A DNA stretch of 61,993 nucleotides from NCBI GenBank assembly GCA_902530535.1, contig CACAAP010000004.1, positions 1 to 61,993 of the forward strand. The letters are read 5' to 3'. Positions within the stretch are counted from its first letter, which is position 1, and every line of letters starts with the position of its first letter. Made by a program: the position numbers and the translations under genes. This DNA is from an uncultured Candidatus Poseidoniales archaeon (lineage in GTDB: Archaea > Thermoplasmatota > Poseidoniia > Poseidoniales > Thalassarchaeaceae). This document shows, piece after piece, positions 9,516 to 18,923 of this stretch. The notes beneath the pieces are model-generated. The model had not been told where the DNA came from. It did not search any database and worked only from the letters and a program-made list of their open reading frames with translations.

Positions 9516-10625
9516 ATGACAATGTCAGGCCATCTTAGTCCGGAGCAGAGGGATAGATATGCACGACACCTGGTCCTTCCGGGGGTTGGTTCTGAGGGCC
9601 AGGAGAAATTGCTGAAATCATCAGTTCTTGTGGTAGGTGCAGGGGGTCTTGGTTCTCCGGCATTGATGTATTTAGCCGCTGCTGGAGTGGGCAGAATAGG
9701 GATTGTTGACAATGATAAAGTCAGTTCATCGAATTTGCAGAGACAGATAATTCACAGTACTTCTTCTATCGGAAGTGCAAAAGTTAAGTCCGCATCGGAA
9801 TGGATTTCTGAGTTAAATTCAGATATAGTGATAGAAGAAATTGAAGAGAAACTAACTAGTGAAAATTCGATTCAGATAATTTCCAAATTTGACGTAGTTA
9901 TTGATGGTACAGACAATTTCGAGTCGCGATATCTGATTGGTGACTCATGCGAGATTCTAGGTAAACCTTGGATTTTTGGTAGTATTCACAGATTTGAGGG
10001 ACAGGTGTCATCATTCAATTTCAAGGACGGTCCCAACTACAGGGATTTGTTTCCATCGCCTCCGCCGCCAGAATTAGCACCTAATTGCTCAGAGGCAGGA
10101 GTTCTTGGAATTCTTCCCGGAATTGTCGGAACCATCCAAGCTACTGAGGCGATCAAGATCATTCTTGGTATTGGAAACTGTCTGTCCGGAGAATTGCTAG
10201 TAATCGATGCCTTGACCATGGATTTCAGAAAACTTGAGTTTTCTTTGAACACCGAACGAGAAAAGGTAACATCTCTCTCAAAAAAACAAGAGAAGGGGTT
10301 TTCTGAGATAGGTGCTAAGGAATTCTCCGAAAGAAGAAATGAGGGGTGGGCCCCATTCCTACTTGATGTTAGAAGATCCCATGAAGAACAAATTTCGTCA
10401 ATTGGGGGTACTGATTCTAGAATAATGCATCTAGAAATACCTTCCAGATTGGAAGAGTTGCCCTCGCAAGGTGATATTGTGGTTTATTGCCGAAGTGGAC
10501 AGAGGTCTGATGCAGTAGCCAGGTTCATTGTGGATTCCGGATTGTGCAATGGTATGATCTACAATCTATTGGGGGGAATTAATTCCTGGTCAGATGAGGT
10601 AGATTCTACTATAGTTAAATATTAA
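9516..10625 (+). CDS. moeB: MoeB/ThiF/MoeZ-type E1-like adenylyltransferase with a C-terminal rhodanese domain
   Basis: RYARHLVLPGVGSEGQEKL, VVGAGGLGSP and NLQRQ motifs. C-terminal VVYCRSGQRSD rhodanese active-site loop. Start taken at MTMSGHLSPEQ. Confidence 0.85.
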   Translation: MTMSGHLSPEQRDRYARHLVLPGVGSEGQEKLLKSSVLVVGAGGLGSPALMYLAAAGVGRIGIVDNDKVSSSNLQRQIIHSTSSIGSAKVKSASEWISELNSDIVIEEIEEKLTSENSIQIISKFDVVIDGTDNFESRYLIGDSCEILGKPWIFGSIHRFEGQVSSFNFKDGPNYRDLFPSPPPPELAPNCSEAGVLGILPGIVGTIQATEAIKIILGIGNCLSGELLVIDALTMDFRKLEFSLNTEREKVTSLSKKQEKGFSEIGAKEFSERRNEGWAPFLLDVRRSHEEQISSIGGTDSRIMHLEIPSRLEELPSQGDIVVYCRSGQRSDAVARFIVDSGLCNGMIYNLLGGINSWSDEVDSTIVKY

Positions 10626-10798
10626 TGTGGTATATATTATCACAATATACCTTTTTATTGTGGTAATTAATCATAAATATAGTTTAATTTTATATTTATT
10701 CAATATATGTGGTAAATATATACTTAATATTCGTTTTAATTGTGGTAAAAAATCCATTTACAATTATTTAATACCACATAATATTACTAATTGTGGTA
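10626..10798. repeat. array of TGTGGTA(A/T) motifs in an AT-rich spacer
   Basis: Forward copies at 10626, 10659, 10708, 10741 and 10792. A reverse copy at 10772-10778. A GGTATAT-N9-ATATACC inverted repeat near 10629-10651. Confidence 0.6.
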
Positions 10799-10856
10799 AA
10801 ATATGAAAATCTAGGCCAATATTGTTGTACTAGGCTCATTCGTGATTCAAAACAAT

Positions 10857-13721
10857 ATGGCGAGAGTTGGAATTTGGAAGTGCCCTGAATGCCAACTTCA
10901 CCAAACCTGGAAGACTAGGTCAGATAAGTCAAACAAATTGGATCGTAAGTGTACGGGATGCGGGAAAAGGGTTCGAACGACCCTCGATAGGTCTGCCTCA
11001 GGGAAGGGCAGGGTGCGGAACGTCGAAATTTGGGAAAGGAATCCAAAGGATTGGATATCTCTAGAAGAAGAGGTTCGGAGAAGAAATGAGGGGCCTGTTG
11101 CAGATTCCATCGCAGCTGTTAATGAGAATGAAAATGAGGAATTGCAGTCTAATATTCCGAAAATTCGGGGCGTAGGATGGATTCCTCCAAATGCATTGAC
11201 TTTTCCATCAAAGCTGAAGTCAAAAAGAGCCAAGAAGAGTTTGCTAGAATTTGTAACAGAGAGACACGATGGCCATCTAAATTCTGTTTCAGAATGTTGG
11301 GATTCAATGAAATGTAAAGAGAAAATGACGGGTGAAGAGTTTCATGAATTCTCTCAGGAATTGATGAGAGTAATAGAGGAAAGATACCTAGAAAGGACGT
11401 TGGAGCCCGATCTATCTGAGCTTGCGAAATCAGAAATCATACCGATGAGGCAGGGTGAAGTCTTCCTAAAGAGAAGATTGGACAGGTTGCTGATTGATCT
11501 GACACTTTGCATGAGAAGGATTGCACATTATGCTTCAATTACTGTGGAAAATAGAATTGAATGGCAGAGAAGAATGATTCGGACAAGATTAGTGGATGAG
11601 GAGTTGAAGGAACTCTTTACGAATGGTTTGCCCACTCCAGATGGAGGTAGTTTTGGAGGAAAGGGTTTCAGATCAACCTGGCAGGAAGGAGTGGTGGCTT
11701 GCGCTACGGCTATGACGCGCGCAGTTGATTTGCCAAAAGAAAACCGTCAGAATGCAGACATTGTAGCCCCAATGATCAGAGATATGGGTCTAGCACTTGC
11801 AATGGGGCAGACTCCCATCGAGGTTTTTTCTGCCCAAATGGGCAAGGCAGAGTCCTACATGGACGGTGGAATTCAAGGAAGCGGCGGTAGAGACCTGCAT
11901 ATAGGGAACTGGGAGAAAGGGATCCTGCCTCCTACTGCACCATTGCCTATTGCAAGTGCAACAACCACGGGAGTGGCACTGGCTGCAAGTAGGCTAGGAG
12001 TTAGTAGATTCCACTTAGCCCCTGTAGGAGAGGGTTGTAGCAGTAGCGGAGAGTTCTGGGAGGCAATGAATTTCGCTGGAGTTCGTGGTTTGCCTATTTG
12101 CTTCATGATTCAGAATAATCAGATAGCACTTGATACACTCAATTCTGCTCAATCAGGAGCAGAGACATTCGGTGACAAGGGGCATGCAATGGGGATCCCC
12201 GCCTGGACTATCGATGGATCTGACCCAGCGCTATTCTATGCATCTACTGCAGTTGCTAAGGAGTTCGCCACGGATGGATGCGGAGCAACGCTGATCCACG
12301 TGGAAACAATGAGAGGTTGTGGGCACGCTCATCACCATGATGATTTGTATCTAGGAGCATCAAGCGGCAACCCCCCGGGTTATGTTGATCGGGAGTTACT
12401 GCGATACTGGTCCGAGAAAGATCCTCTCCCAAACCATAGGGAGTTATTGATTAAACTGGGAGTGGGCGAACAAAAACTCAACCGCATTCAGATGGAAGAA
12501 GAAGGTCTGGTGGAGTCAGCCAGGAGCCAATTGGAAAAAATGGAGTGGCCGGAGGGAAATTCGGTTGTCAAAGGAGTTACATCAATCTCGGACGCGACAA
12601 GCCACGAGAAGCAACTACGGAGGATTGACGGGGCAGGGGCTATTTCGAATACCAGTCTAGATTCTGGGGAGTTCTCAATAGAGTTTTCCGATGCTCCCAA
12701 TTCTTGGAGTTACAGTAGAGCAATTCAGAATGGCATGGCAGCACTTGCAGACCAATTCGGCGATAAGATGGTATTCATGGGCGAGGATATGGAAGTAGCA
12801 GGTGCATTCGGAATGAATCTAGGGCTCAAGGCTAAGGGTCATCAATCAAAACTTCTCGATATGCCATTATCTGAGGCCATAATTATCCACTCAGCGACAG
12901 GAGCAGCCCTGGGAGGGATGAGGCCACTGGCAGAGATACAGTTCGGAGGATTTGCAGCACTAGCAATGAACCCCCTAGTCAACAATGCGGCCCAATTGAG
13001 ATGGAGATGGGGCGCAGAGGTACCGATGACAGTGCGAATTCCCCTAGGAGCTAAGACCAGGAGTGGGCCATTTCACGCTAACATGATTGAATCTTGGCTA
13101 ACAAACGATCCAGGATTGATCATTGTGACTCCAAGTAATCCTCAGGATGCTTATGACCTGCTTATTGAGTCACACCATCTACCAGATCCTGTTGTCTATC
13201 TAGAGCATATTGGGTTGTACGGACTTAGAGGGGGCATAACTGGCTGGGGGAAATCAATCAATCAAATAGTGGATACAGAGGCTGTAATGAATGGGCTAGA
13301 AAATGGAGATAGTTCAATTGGCAAAGCGAGAGTAGTCAGAGGAGGCGAGGATCTCACAATTGTCACCTGGGGTGCCATGGTACACGTTGCAATTGAGGCA
13401 GCAGAGAATGTGTCGAAAAGGGGGGTTGAAGTCGAAGTTGTGGATCTGAGAACTCTCGTTCCCTTTGATTCTGGGACATGTATCAACTCGGTTCTCAAGA
13501 CTGGCAGACTAATCGTTCTACAAGAGTCGCAGTGGACTGGTGGTTTTGGTCATACAGTCTCGAGCAGGATTATCGAAGAGTCTTTCTGGAGGTTAGAAAC
13601 CCCTCCCGTAGTGATTGGAGCATTGGATACTCCTGTTCCTTTCTCACCAACACTTGAGGACCATACTATACCAAGTGTCGAAGTGGTTTCCAGGCATATC
13701 GAGAGAGCATGTACAAAATGA
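10857..13721 (+). CDS. 2-oxoacid dehydrogenase E1 component, fused alpha and beta subunits, with an N-terminal zinc-ribbon/helical extension
   Basis: CPECQ...CTGCGK zinc ribbon at the N-terminus. TPP-binding alpha region (GEGCSSSGEFWEAMNFAG...MIQNNQIAL). Beta/transketolase-like region (FMGEDMEVAGAFG...LSEAIIIHSATGAALGGMRP...). Confidence 0.8.
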   Translation: MARVGIWKCPECQLHQTWKTRSDKSNKLDRKCTGCGKRVRTTLDRSASGKGRVRNVEIWERNPKDWISLEEEVRRRNEGPVADSIAAVNENENEELQSNIPKIRGVGWIPPNALTFPSKLKSKRAKKSLLEFVTERHDGHLNSVSECWDSMKCKEKMTGEEFHEFSQELMRVIEERYLERTLEPDLSELAKSEIIPMRQGEVFLKRRLDRLLIDLTLCMRRIAHYASITVENRIEWQRRMIRTRLVDEELKELFTNGLPTPDGGSFGGKGFRSTWQEGVVACATAMTRAVDLPKENRQNADIVAPMIRDMGLALAMGQTPIEVFSAQMGKAESYMDGGIQGSGGRDLHIGNWEKGILPPTAPLPIASATTTGVALAASRLGVSRFHLAPVGEGCSSSGEFWEAMNFAGVRGLPICFMIQNNQIALDTLNSAQSGAETFGDKGHAMGIPAWTIDGSDPALFYASTAVAKEFATDGCGATLIHVETMRGCGHAHHHDDLYLGASSGNPPGYVDRELLRYWSEKDPLPNHRELLIKLGVGEQKLNRIQMEEEGLVESARSQLEKMEWPEGNSVVKGVTSISDATSHEKQLRRIDGAGAISNTSLDSGEFSIEFSDAPNSWSYSRAIQNGMAALADQFGDKMVFMGEDMEVAGAFGMNLGLKAKGHQSKLLDMPLSEAIIIHSATGAALGGMRPLAEIQFGGFAALAMNPLVNNAAQLRWRWGAEVPMTVRIPLGAKTRSGPFHANMIESWLTNDPGLIIVTPSNPQDAYDLLIESHHLPDPVVYLEHIGLYGLRGGITGWGKSINQIVDTEAVMNGLENGDSSIGKARVVRGGEDLTIVTWGAMVHVAIEAAENVSKRGVEVEVVDLRTLVPFDSGTCINSVLKTGRLIVLQESQWTGGFGHTVSSRIIEESFWRLETPPVVIGALDTPVPFSPTLEDHTIPSVEVVSRHIERACTK

Positions 13722-13776
13722 AATCCAACCAAATGTCTGGAAAAGAGTAAATTGTGAAATGTCTCAGGAGTAGAAT

Positions 13777-14736
13777 ATGGATGAGGCTGTAGTTGACGTT
13801 GCTTACGTCCTTATCGGGTTTGCTTTGCTAATGTTCGGGGGGGAGGCTCTGGTTCAAGGAGCTACAAGGATATCCCAGGGCCTAAACGTATCGCCTCTAG
13901 TAGTGGGATTCACAGTCGTAGCAATTGGAACATCACTACCCGAACTGGCTGTTGCGATTGAGGCTATTGATAGTGACGTACCAAATATTGCAATCGGAGG
14001 AGTCCTAGGTTCTAATGTCGCAAACGTGATGTTGGTCTTGGGAGCGGCAGCTGTCTTAGGGGCTAAATCTGATGGAGAAATAGGGGTAAACAGGGATGCG
14101 ATTGCAGTAGTAGTAGCCACTCTGTTCATGGCAATATTCGTTTATTTTGGAGAAGTTCCTCTTCTAGGGGGCGTCGTGATGTTGACATGTCTGATTGGTT
14201 ACTACTACTACACCTACTCAGTTGCAATATCGGGAGAAGATGAGTATGAGTTCGAAGACTCATGGCTACCAAACAAAATGTCCCTTGCTATCCCCTTCTG
14301 TGTTATGGGTGGTGGGATGATCTGGTTTGGTGCTGAATTACTTGTATTGGGATCAACTGGTATTGCTGAGACTTTCGGAGTCTCGGAGGCCGTTATTGGT
14401 CTGACGGTGGTAGCACTGGGGACTTCATTGCCCGAACTGGCTGTTACACTAGTAGCTGGGATTAGGGGGCAAGGAGGGGTTGCCGTAGGAAACGTACTAG
14501 GTTCCAATGTTATGAACATCATGGGGATAATTGGAATAGCGAGTATTGTTGGGAGTGGAATTCCTGTCGATGTAGAGTTTCAGAGAGACATCTTAGTGGT
14601 GATGGCAACCTCGGGATTCGTAGTATGGATGCTCATATCTGGAAAGGAGTTCACCAAAAATATTGGAACTATGATGATCATAACTTACCTATTCTACATG
14701 ACATATCTCGGTGGTTTCCTAGACGTATTATTTTAG
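13777..14736 (+). CDS. Ca2+/cation antiporter (CaCA family, YrbG-like)
   Basis: Two alpha-repeats, each with GTSLPELAV and GSNV(A/M)N motifs. About 10 TM segments. Confidence 0.85.
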   Translation: MDEAVVDVAYVLIGFALLMFGGEALVQGATRISQGLNVSPLVVGFTVVAIGTSLPELAVAIEAIDSDVPNIAIGGVLGSNVANVMLVLGAAAVLGAKSDGEIGVNRDAIAVVVATLFMAIFVYFGEVPLLGGVVMLTCLIGYYYYTYSVAISGEDEYEFEDSWLPNKMSLAIPFCVMGGGMIWFGAELLVLGSTGIAETFGVSEAVIGLTVVALGTSLPELAVTLVAGIRGQGGVAVGNVLGSNVMNIMGIIGIASIVGSGIPVDVEFQRDILVVMATSGFVVWMLISGKEFTKNIGTMMIITYLFYMTYLGGFLDVLF

Positions 14737-14770
14737 CAAGATAGGCTAGTCAGGTTTTGGGAGCGATAGT

Positions 14771-15340
14771 GTGGAATGCGTAATTCTTGCGGCTGGTTCA
14801 AGCAGTAGGCTTGGCATGGATAAGGCATTGGTTGATGTCGGTTCTCAGACACTCATCAGTTGGATTTCACGAAGATTATCGGATCGTGTGGCCAATATCA
14901 CCATAGTTGCAAATGAATCAAATTTTGCGGAAATTTCCAAAATGGTGAGTGATGTGAATGTAATCCTAAACCGAAATCCGCACAAAGGGAGAACAGGTTC
15001 TCTGAAAGTGGGGATTGACAGTATTGATTCCTCGGGAGTGGAGGATTACAGATTGCTTGTTGTTCCTGTCGATCGGCCAGGATTCTCAGATTCCACTCTG
15101 GGTCGTCTAATTTGTTCAGAAGAGACCTGCTGTCCTATGAAGGAAGGCAGGGGGGGACACCCCCTAGTGCTGACTTTCCAAGATGTCGACAAGGTAAGGA
15201 AAAGTTCAGCAAATTCACCATTGAGAGAAGTAATCGAGGCAAGTAGATTCGAGGTTCTAGACAGATTTCTAGATCTAAACATAGATACTCCAGAGGATAT
15301 AATTAATCTACAGGAGAAACTACAATTGGTTAATGAATAG
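14771..15340 (+). CDS. MobA/MocA-like molybdenum cofactor nucleotidyltransferase
   Basis: ILAAGSSSRLGMDKAL NTP-transferase motif. GTG start. Same-strand neighbour of the xdhC and coxSLM-like genes. Confidence 0.7.
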   Translation: MECVILAAGSSSRLGMDKALVDVGSQTLISWISRRLSDRVANITIVANESNFAEISKMVSDVNVILNRNPHKGRTGSLKVGIDSIDSSGVEDYRLLVVPVDRPGFSDSTLGRLICSEETCCPMKEGRGGHPLVLTFQDVDKVRKSSANSPLREVIEASRFEVLDRFLDLNIDTPEDIINLQEKLQLVNE

Positions 15341-15389
15341 AATAGAAATTATCCATTTCTAATTCTGGGTTATGAACTAATTGAATTTG

Positions 15390-16691
15390 ATGAGTCCTAT
15401 TTCAAAATCGAGAAAATGGAGTATCGGATTCCTTCATGCTAAGATGTCAAATGATTTATACAAACTTGGAGTGGAATGTGTAATGCCAACCTCTGCTGAA
15501 GTAATCGAAGTGGTAGTTGTGAGCATGCGAGATGCCTTTCTAGCCGTAACCGTATTTGTTGCTGCGATGGTTCTACTGTTCAGTTGGTTACAGTACATTA
15601 CCGCTGGAAGGTTTGTAGACGTGATTCGATCGAAAAGGCGATGGCAGCCTGTAATCGGTGCCATTATGGGCATCACTCCTGGTTGTGGCGGAGCCATTGT
15701 AATCATGCCAATGTACACTAGGGGTTTCGTCAGTTATGGAACCGTAATAGCCACTCTGATCGCAACCCTCGGGGATGCTGCGTTCGTCTTGATTGGTGCT
15801 GCTCTCACTGACTCCTCTTTCGTGGCTCCCGCAGTAGCGGTGCATGTCATCTCCTTCGTGACAGGAGTTACGTGGGGCTATCTCATAGATGGATTGAGCA
15901 TCACGCCACAGAGCCCTTTTGGCGGATTATTACTTAGATCCGAATCTACGAAGGACCAGGAAATAATCAAATTAGAGGATTTGGAAGATACGCAAACCGT
16001 CTTTGATGATCTTGGAAGGGAAGATGAAAGCGACCCGGGATATTTCCTTCTTCACCAAGGTTATACCTTGTGGTGGATAGTTACCTTAATTGGATTAGTA
16101 TTCGCAGTAATGTTACTTGTTTGGAGTTCTCAAGATCCTGATTTTGAGCTTTCAATAGAATATAATCCATTTACGTTACATGGTTTCATAACTTGGATAG
16201 GTTTGATAGGTACAACTTTGTCAATAATCCTGTATCTATCTCAGAAAACCTGGATTCGTGACGATACAGAAGCTTCTATTGGAGACAAACTCTATTCGAT
16301 GAGAGAGACATTGATACACTCTGCAAGTGAAACTGCATTTGTCACGTTCTGGGTCATGGCTGCTTACCTGATTTTCGAGTTTACCATGTTATTCTCGGGG
16401 ACCAACGAAGCAGACTTAGCCAAGTATGGTGATGGAATTTTTGCAGTTGTAGTCGCTTCTTTCATTGGATTAATACCCGGTTGTGGACCTCAAATTATTG
16501 CCATTACCGCCTATACAAAGGATCTGATCTCATTCCCGGCTTTGGCTGCGAATGCGATCAGCCAAGACGGAGATGCTCTTTTTCCACTTTTGGTTAGACA
16601 CAGGGTAGCTAGCCTTTGGGCCACGCTACATACAACTATTCCTGCCCTAATTTTGGGGGTCGCGCTTTTGATTCTGGACGTATCTTTCTAA
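15390..16691 (+). CDS. polytopic membrane protein, possibly ArsP_2-type (putative 10-TM metal transporter) family
   Basis: Two homologous halves, each with a (I/T)PGCG motif (ITPGCGGAIVIMPMY and LIPGCGPQIIAITAY). The family call is from memory only. Confidence 0.5.
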   Translation: MSPISKSRKWSIGFLHAKMSNDLYKLGVECVMPTSAEVIEVVVVSMRDAFLAVTVFVAAMVLLFSWLQYITAGRFVDVIRSKRRWQPVIGAIMGITPGCGGAIVIMPMYTRGFVSYGTVIATLIATLGDAAFVLIGAALTDSSFVAPAVAVHVISFVTGVTWGYLIDGLSITPQSPFGGLLLRSESTKDQEIIKLEDLEDTQTVFDDLGREDESDPGYFLLHQGYTLWWIVTLIGLVFAVMLLVWSSQDPDFELSIEYNPFTLHGFITWIGLIGTTLSIILYLSQKTWIRDDTEASIGDKLYSMRETLIHSASETAFVTFWVMAAYLIFEFTMLFSGTNEADLAKYGDGIFAVVVASFIGLIPGCGPQIIAITAYTKDLISFPALAANAISQDGDALFPLLVRHRVASLWATLHTTIPALILGVALLILDVSF

Positions 16692-16739
16692 TTCCGAGAG
16701 ATACTCAGACGTATCTCATCATCTACACAACTCCAAAGG

Positions 16740-17603
16740 TTGACACCCCGACGGACCTTTGTGACTGTCGCAGTCCTAAACTGGGCCATCAAGAGAATAG
16801 AGGCTGGAGAAAGAGTCGCCATTGCATCGGTGGTCCAGGCCAGCGGGAGCGTTCCTGGGAAACCAGGAGCAAGGCTAGCAATCAGCTCCTCGGGTGAAAA
16901 GTTCGGAACTATAGGTGGCGCAGGATTGGAGTTAACGGTGGAGAAGGAGCTTCAAGAAATTCTGTTCCGGGATTTGTCTGACCTAAGAAAAAAAGGAGGT
17001 AAAGTTGAGGTATTCCTGTTAAACAGGGATGGCAAAGGAAAAGAGGTATCTGCCCTCGACAGTCTATGCGGAGGTCGGGTGACAGTAGCTATGGAAGTGA
17101 TTACTCCCCGACCTCACATCTTGATTGCGGGCGGGGGACACGTTGGTCTTTCGATTGCAAGGGTGTGTGATTCTCTGGAATGGACGTATAGCGTATTCGA
17201 TATCAGAGAGGAATATTGTAACCAACAGCGTTATCCAAACACTGAGGGGAATTTCTGCTCATCTGTCGAGGATTTTCTCAAGATCGAAAGTAAGGATTCT
17301 TTGACTCGTTTTTCAGATATTCTACTGTTGAGTCATGATTGGTCTGTTGATGAAGAGATGCTGATAGGATTACTACAAGTCTGCAGAGAAGGAAGCAGAC
17401 CTCGGATTGGGGCTATCGGGTCGAAGAAGAAATGGTCTGCTTTCGAGAAGAAGGCTATTGAAAGTGGGGTGGAGAAGTGGCTGATAGACTCTGTCAGATG
17501 TCCTATTGGCCTCGACATAGGGGCAGATACTCCTGAAGAAATTGCAATTGCTGTTTGTGCAGAGATTCTATCTCTTGAAAGGAAGAAAGTGGCTACCAAT
17601 TAG
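16740..17603 (+). CDS. xdhC: XdhC/CoxI-family molybdoenzyme maturation protein
   Basis: ASVVQASGSVPGKPGARL, the ILIAGGGHVGLSIARV Rossmann motif and PIGLDIGADTPEEIAIAV. Confidence 0.8.
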   Translation: MTPRRTFVTVAVLNWAIKRIEAGERVAIASVVQASGSVPGKPGARLAISSSGEKFGTIGGAGLELTVEKELQEILFRDLSDLRKKGGKVEVFLLNRDGKGKEVSALDSLCGGRVTVAMEVITPRPHILIAGGGHVGLSIARVCDSLEWTYSVFDIREEYCNQQRYPNTEGNFCSSVEDFLKIESKDSLTRFSDILLLSHDWSVDEEMLIGLLQVCREGSRPRIGAIGSKKKWSAFEKKAIESGVEKWLIDSVRCPIGLDIGADTPEEIAIAVCAEILSLERKKVATN

Positions 17604-17658
17604 GGAAGCATATTGTAACTAGGGTGCCCTCTAAATATCAATAACAGAGTCCAAGATT

Positions 17659-18303
17659 ATGAGGAAGGTACTCCTTAGATGGAAGGTTTCCTCGCTTTCC
17701 GGAATAGATGAGATCGACAAACTGATGGAGATTTGTCACAGGATAGAGGTTCTTGGACACCTTTCTACCGATACGGGAGGGGTTACCCAACTGGTAGAAT
17801 TGGGGATTAACAAAGGAAGGCATCTATCTGAAGTCTCGGATTTGGAGAGTTTTGATGTTATTGAAACACATGAAGAGGACGAAAGCGGCGTTTTGGTTAG
17901 TATTCGTTGCACTCACCCTCTAGCACTTTCAGCGTTAGAGTTATCGAACATCTATGTGTACCCCCCATACGGAATCGATTCCAAGAGCGGTCTGGAGTTC
18001 AGAATCTTTGGCATTTCAAGCTCCATTCGAAGTTTCTTGGAGTTCGTCAGAGAAGTAATGCCACCAGACACAATTAGTGTACAGACAATAAAGAACGGAT
18101 CTTCTAAGGATCTCGATTTCCTAACAAAAAAGCAGAGAGAAGTGCTAGAACTGGCTGTGAACAGAGGGTACTACGAAGATGGAGCGGATATCACATTGAA
18201 GCAACTCGCAGATGAGTTAGGGATAGCTAGAAGCACCACAGGAGAGCATCTGAAGAGGGCCGAGTCTGAAGTTCTAAAAAGAGCCATCAATGATTTCCAA
18301 TAG
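17659..18303 (+). CDS. HTH_10 (bacterio-opsin activator-like) transcriptional regulator
   Basis: C-terminal LTKKQREVLELAVNRGYYEDGADITLKQLADELGIARSTTGEHLKRAESEVL. Confidence 0.7.
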   Translation: MRKVLLRWKVSSLSGIDEIDKLMEICHRIEVLGHLSTDTGGVTQLVELGINKGRHLSEVSDLESFDVIETHEEDESGVLVSIRCTHPLALSALELSNIYVYPPYGIDSKSGLEFRIFGISSSIRSFLEFVREVMPPDTISVQTIKNGSSKDLDFLTKKQREVLELAVNRGYYEDGADITLKQLADELGIARSTTGEHLKRAESEVLKRAINDFQ

Positions 18304-18331
18304 ACATCAAGGGGAACCGAATGCTCAAAGG

Positions 18332-18922
18332 ATGGGCTCGATTGGTCGTATTGTGGTGCAGTTCCGGCTACCTATGCTCCCTCCTTCCGATGGGGTTGAG
18401 TGGAACGCCAAGATAAATGACGAAGAAGTATCCATATTTATCGAGAGCAATGCGATTCTTCTTGACGTGCTTAGGGACCGTGTCGGGAGCCTGGGGACCA
18501 AGCGTGGATGCGATATGGGGACCTGTGGATGCTGTTCTGTACTAATTGATGGAGAACCGAGGTTGTCTTGTCTTACTCTGGCTGTAGATACTGAGCAAGC
18601 CGATATCACAACAGTAGAAGGATTAGCTGATGGGCACCATCTGCATCCGATACAGCAGACCTTCGCGGAGTGTGGAGGCAGTCAATGCGGATTCTGCACA
18701 CCCGGTTTCTTGGTGGTAATTTCGGCATTACTATCTGAAAATTCCAAACCTAAGGACCAAGAGATAAAGCAAGCAATAGAGGGCAACCTATGTCGTTGTA
18801 CTGGATTCCAGCAGATAGTTGACTCAGTCAAAGCCGCTTCTGACATCCTAGTCTCGGGGGAAGCAGTTTGCGACTCGACCCGATCAAAGAGTGACCCTCA
18901 TCCAGGATTCGGTGGAGATTAG
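18332..18922 (+). CDS. [2Fe-2S] small subunit of a xanthine dehydrogenase/aldehyde oxidase-family enzyme (CoxS-like)
   Basis: GCDMGTCGCCSV, the CGFCTPGF motif and NLCRCTGFQQI cluster motifs. The start is uncertain (18290, 18332 or 18374). Confidence 0.85.
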   Translation: MGSIGRIVVQFRLPMLPPSDGVEWNAKINDEEVSIFIESNAILLDVLRDRVGSLGTKRGCDMGTCGCCSVLIDGEPRLSCLTLAVDTEQADITTVEGLADGHHLHPIQQTFAECGGSQCGFCTPGFLVVISALLSENSKPKDQEIKQAIEGNLCRCTGFQQIVDSVKAASDILVSGEAVCDSTRSKSDPHPGFGGD

Positions 18923-18923
18923 T

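Noticed and set aside
10626-10840. Replication origin (AT-rich with repeated boxes)
   Set aside because: There is no orc1/cdc6 gene adjacent, and the boxes do not resemble ORB or mini-ORB elements with their G-string. It is reported as a regulatory repeat array instead. Only a whole-genome skew analysis could settle this.
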